A stretch of DNA of 64,000 bases, taken from contig CAVSLC010000021.1 in the NCBI GenBank assembly GCA_963728565.1, positions 32,001-96,000 of the forward strand. The letters are read 5' to 3'. The translations under genes were made by a program, and so were the position numbers. The notes under the pieces are model-generated. The model had not been told where the DNA came from, did not search any database, and worked only from the letters and a program-made list of their open reading frames with translations. Origin of the DNA: an uncultured delta proteobacterium (GTDB lineage Bacteria; Desulfobacterota; Binatia; UBA9968). Of the stretch, positions 63,167 to 64,000 are shown one piece after another (position 1 is the first letter of the stretch; each line of letters starts with the position of its first letter).

Positions 63167-63241
63167 ATGAAACAAGGCATCCATCCAGAGTACAAACAGG
63201 CGCAGGTTTGAGTGACAGATGCAGCTTTCTGCGGGGAATCC
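63167..63241 (+). pseudogene. rpmE: Truncated ribosomal protein L31 (5' stub)
   Basis: GAGGT RBS, MKQGIHPEYKQAQV*, and an in-frame CGES shortly after the stop. Confidence 0.75.
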
Positions 63242-63376
63242 AATGCGCCTGAGTCTCGCGGTATGGCTGTCATAAGCGTTGTCGCTTGGGGTGAATCCTC
63301 CTCCATTACTCACCGGGCGCTGCGGCCGAGAAATTGGTCTCCTCTATTGAGGCGGCCGCAGCGCCCCAACTTTTTT

Positions 63377-64000
63377 CTATGCCAGCTTCTTGCGAAACCG
63401 CAGGGCGCTCAACACCAGCAGCACAATCCCATCACTGCAAGCGTAATGACCTCGTTCAGCAGATCCGATATAGTTGCGCCGCGCAACACTATGCCGCGAA
63501 TGATCTCCATGAAATGCGTCGCGGGCATCAGAAACCATATCGCTCGCATAACCGCAGGCATCGAATCGCGCGGGAACATAAAACCTGACAGCAGCACCGA
63601 AGGCAACATAATCAACAAGGCCAGTTGCAATGCCTGCATCTGATTTTGCGCCTTCGTCGAAATCAGCAGCCCGATTGCCAGCGCCGTAAACAGAAAGAGT
63701 ATCGATAGCACGAGCAGCAACAGGACCGAGCCGTTTATCGGCACGTCGAAAATCACCCGCATGACCGTCAGCACCGTGACGTCTCAAAGAATCCTATCAA
63801 CCCGTATGGCACGAGCTTGCCCAACATAAGCCCGAAAGGGCGAATCGGCGTGACCAGCAATTGCTCAAGCGTTCCGCGCTCGCGCTCGCGCACGATTGAA
63901 AAGGCCGTCAGCATCGTCGTGATCATTTGAAGAATGATGGCGACCAGTCCCGGCACCATGAAGTTTGCCGAGCGCGAATCCGGGTTAAATAGCATCTTCG
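63377..64000 (-). CDS. ABC-2 type permease (YbhR/S-like), 5'-partial, two frameshifts
   Basis: [42 protein letters not shown]. Confidence 0.9.

Noticed and set aside
55072-64000. Intact prophage or integrative element at tRNA-Ala(GGC)
   Set aside because: No integrase, phage or conjugation genes, and no repeated tRNA 3' end seen in the window

Overview
Chromosomal window from a deltaproteobacterium-like bacterium; the gene families suggest Candidatus Binatia/Binatota, which is an inference. It opens with the 3' part of tyrS and an rRNA operon with an abnormal layout: 16S, tRNA-Ile, tRNA-Ala, 23S, 23S, 5S. The roughly 3.2 kb spacer+23S unit is tandemly duplicated, the breakpoints fall on RNA-processing boundaries, and a decayed tRNA-Ala 3' end sits at the junction. 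About 45 kb of mostly housekeeping genes follow. DNA repair: two nth, a PA0069-family radical SAM gene, mfd, a short uvrA, recN. Fe-S assembly: a hybrid iscS-iscA-sufB-nifS-rrf2 locus. Others: an Mla/MCE transporter, surA-pdxA-PMM, comDE-like genes, pcm, ftsB, eno, surE, cinA, pepF, nadK. After tRNA-Ala(GGC) there is an approximately 8 kb patchwork accessory region: HIT and HNH remnants, three paralogous VOC proteins with a cupin and a TctC-like receptor, gene fragments, and an rpmE stub. Features missed by the ORF track include an hslR pseudogene, two copies of a ~120 bp MITE-like element and an octamer-repeat hairpin. About eight single-base frameshifts in otherwise intact genes point to residual long-read errors, so structural oddities need read-level confirmation. 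No CRISPR array, intact transposase, integrase or clear complete novel defence system was seen.
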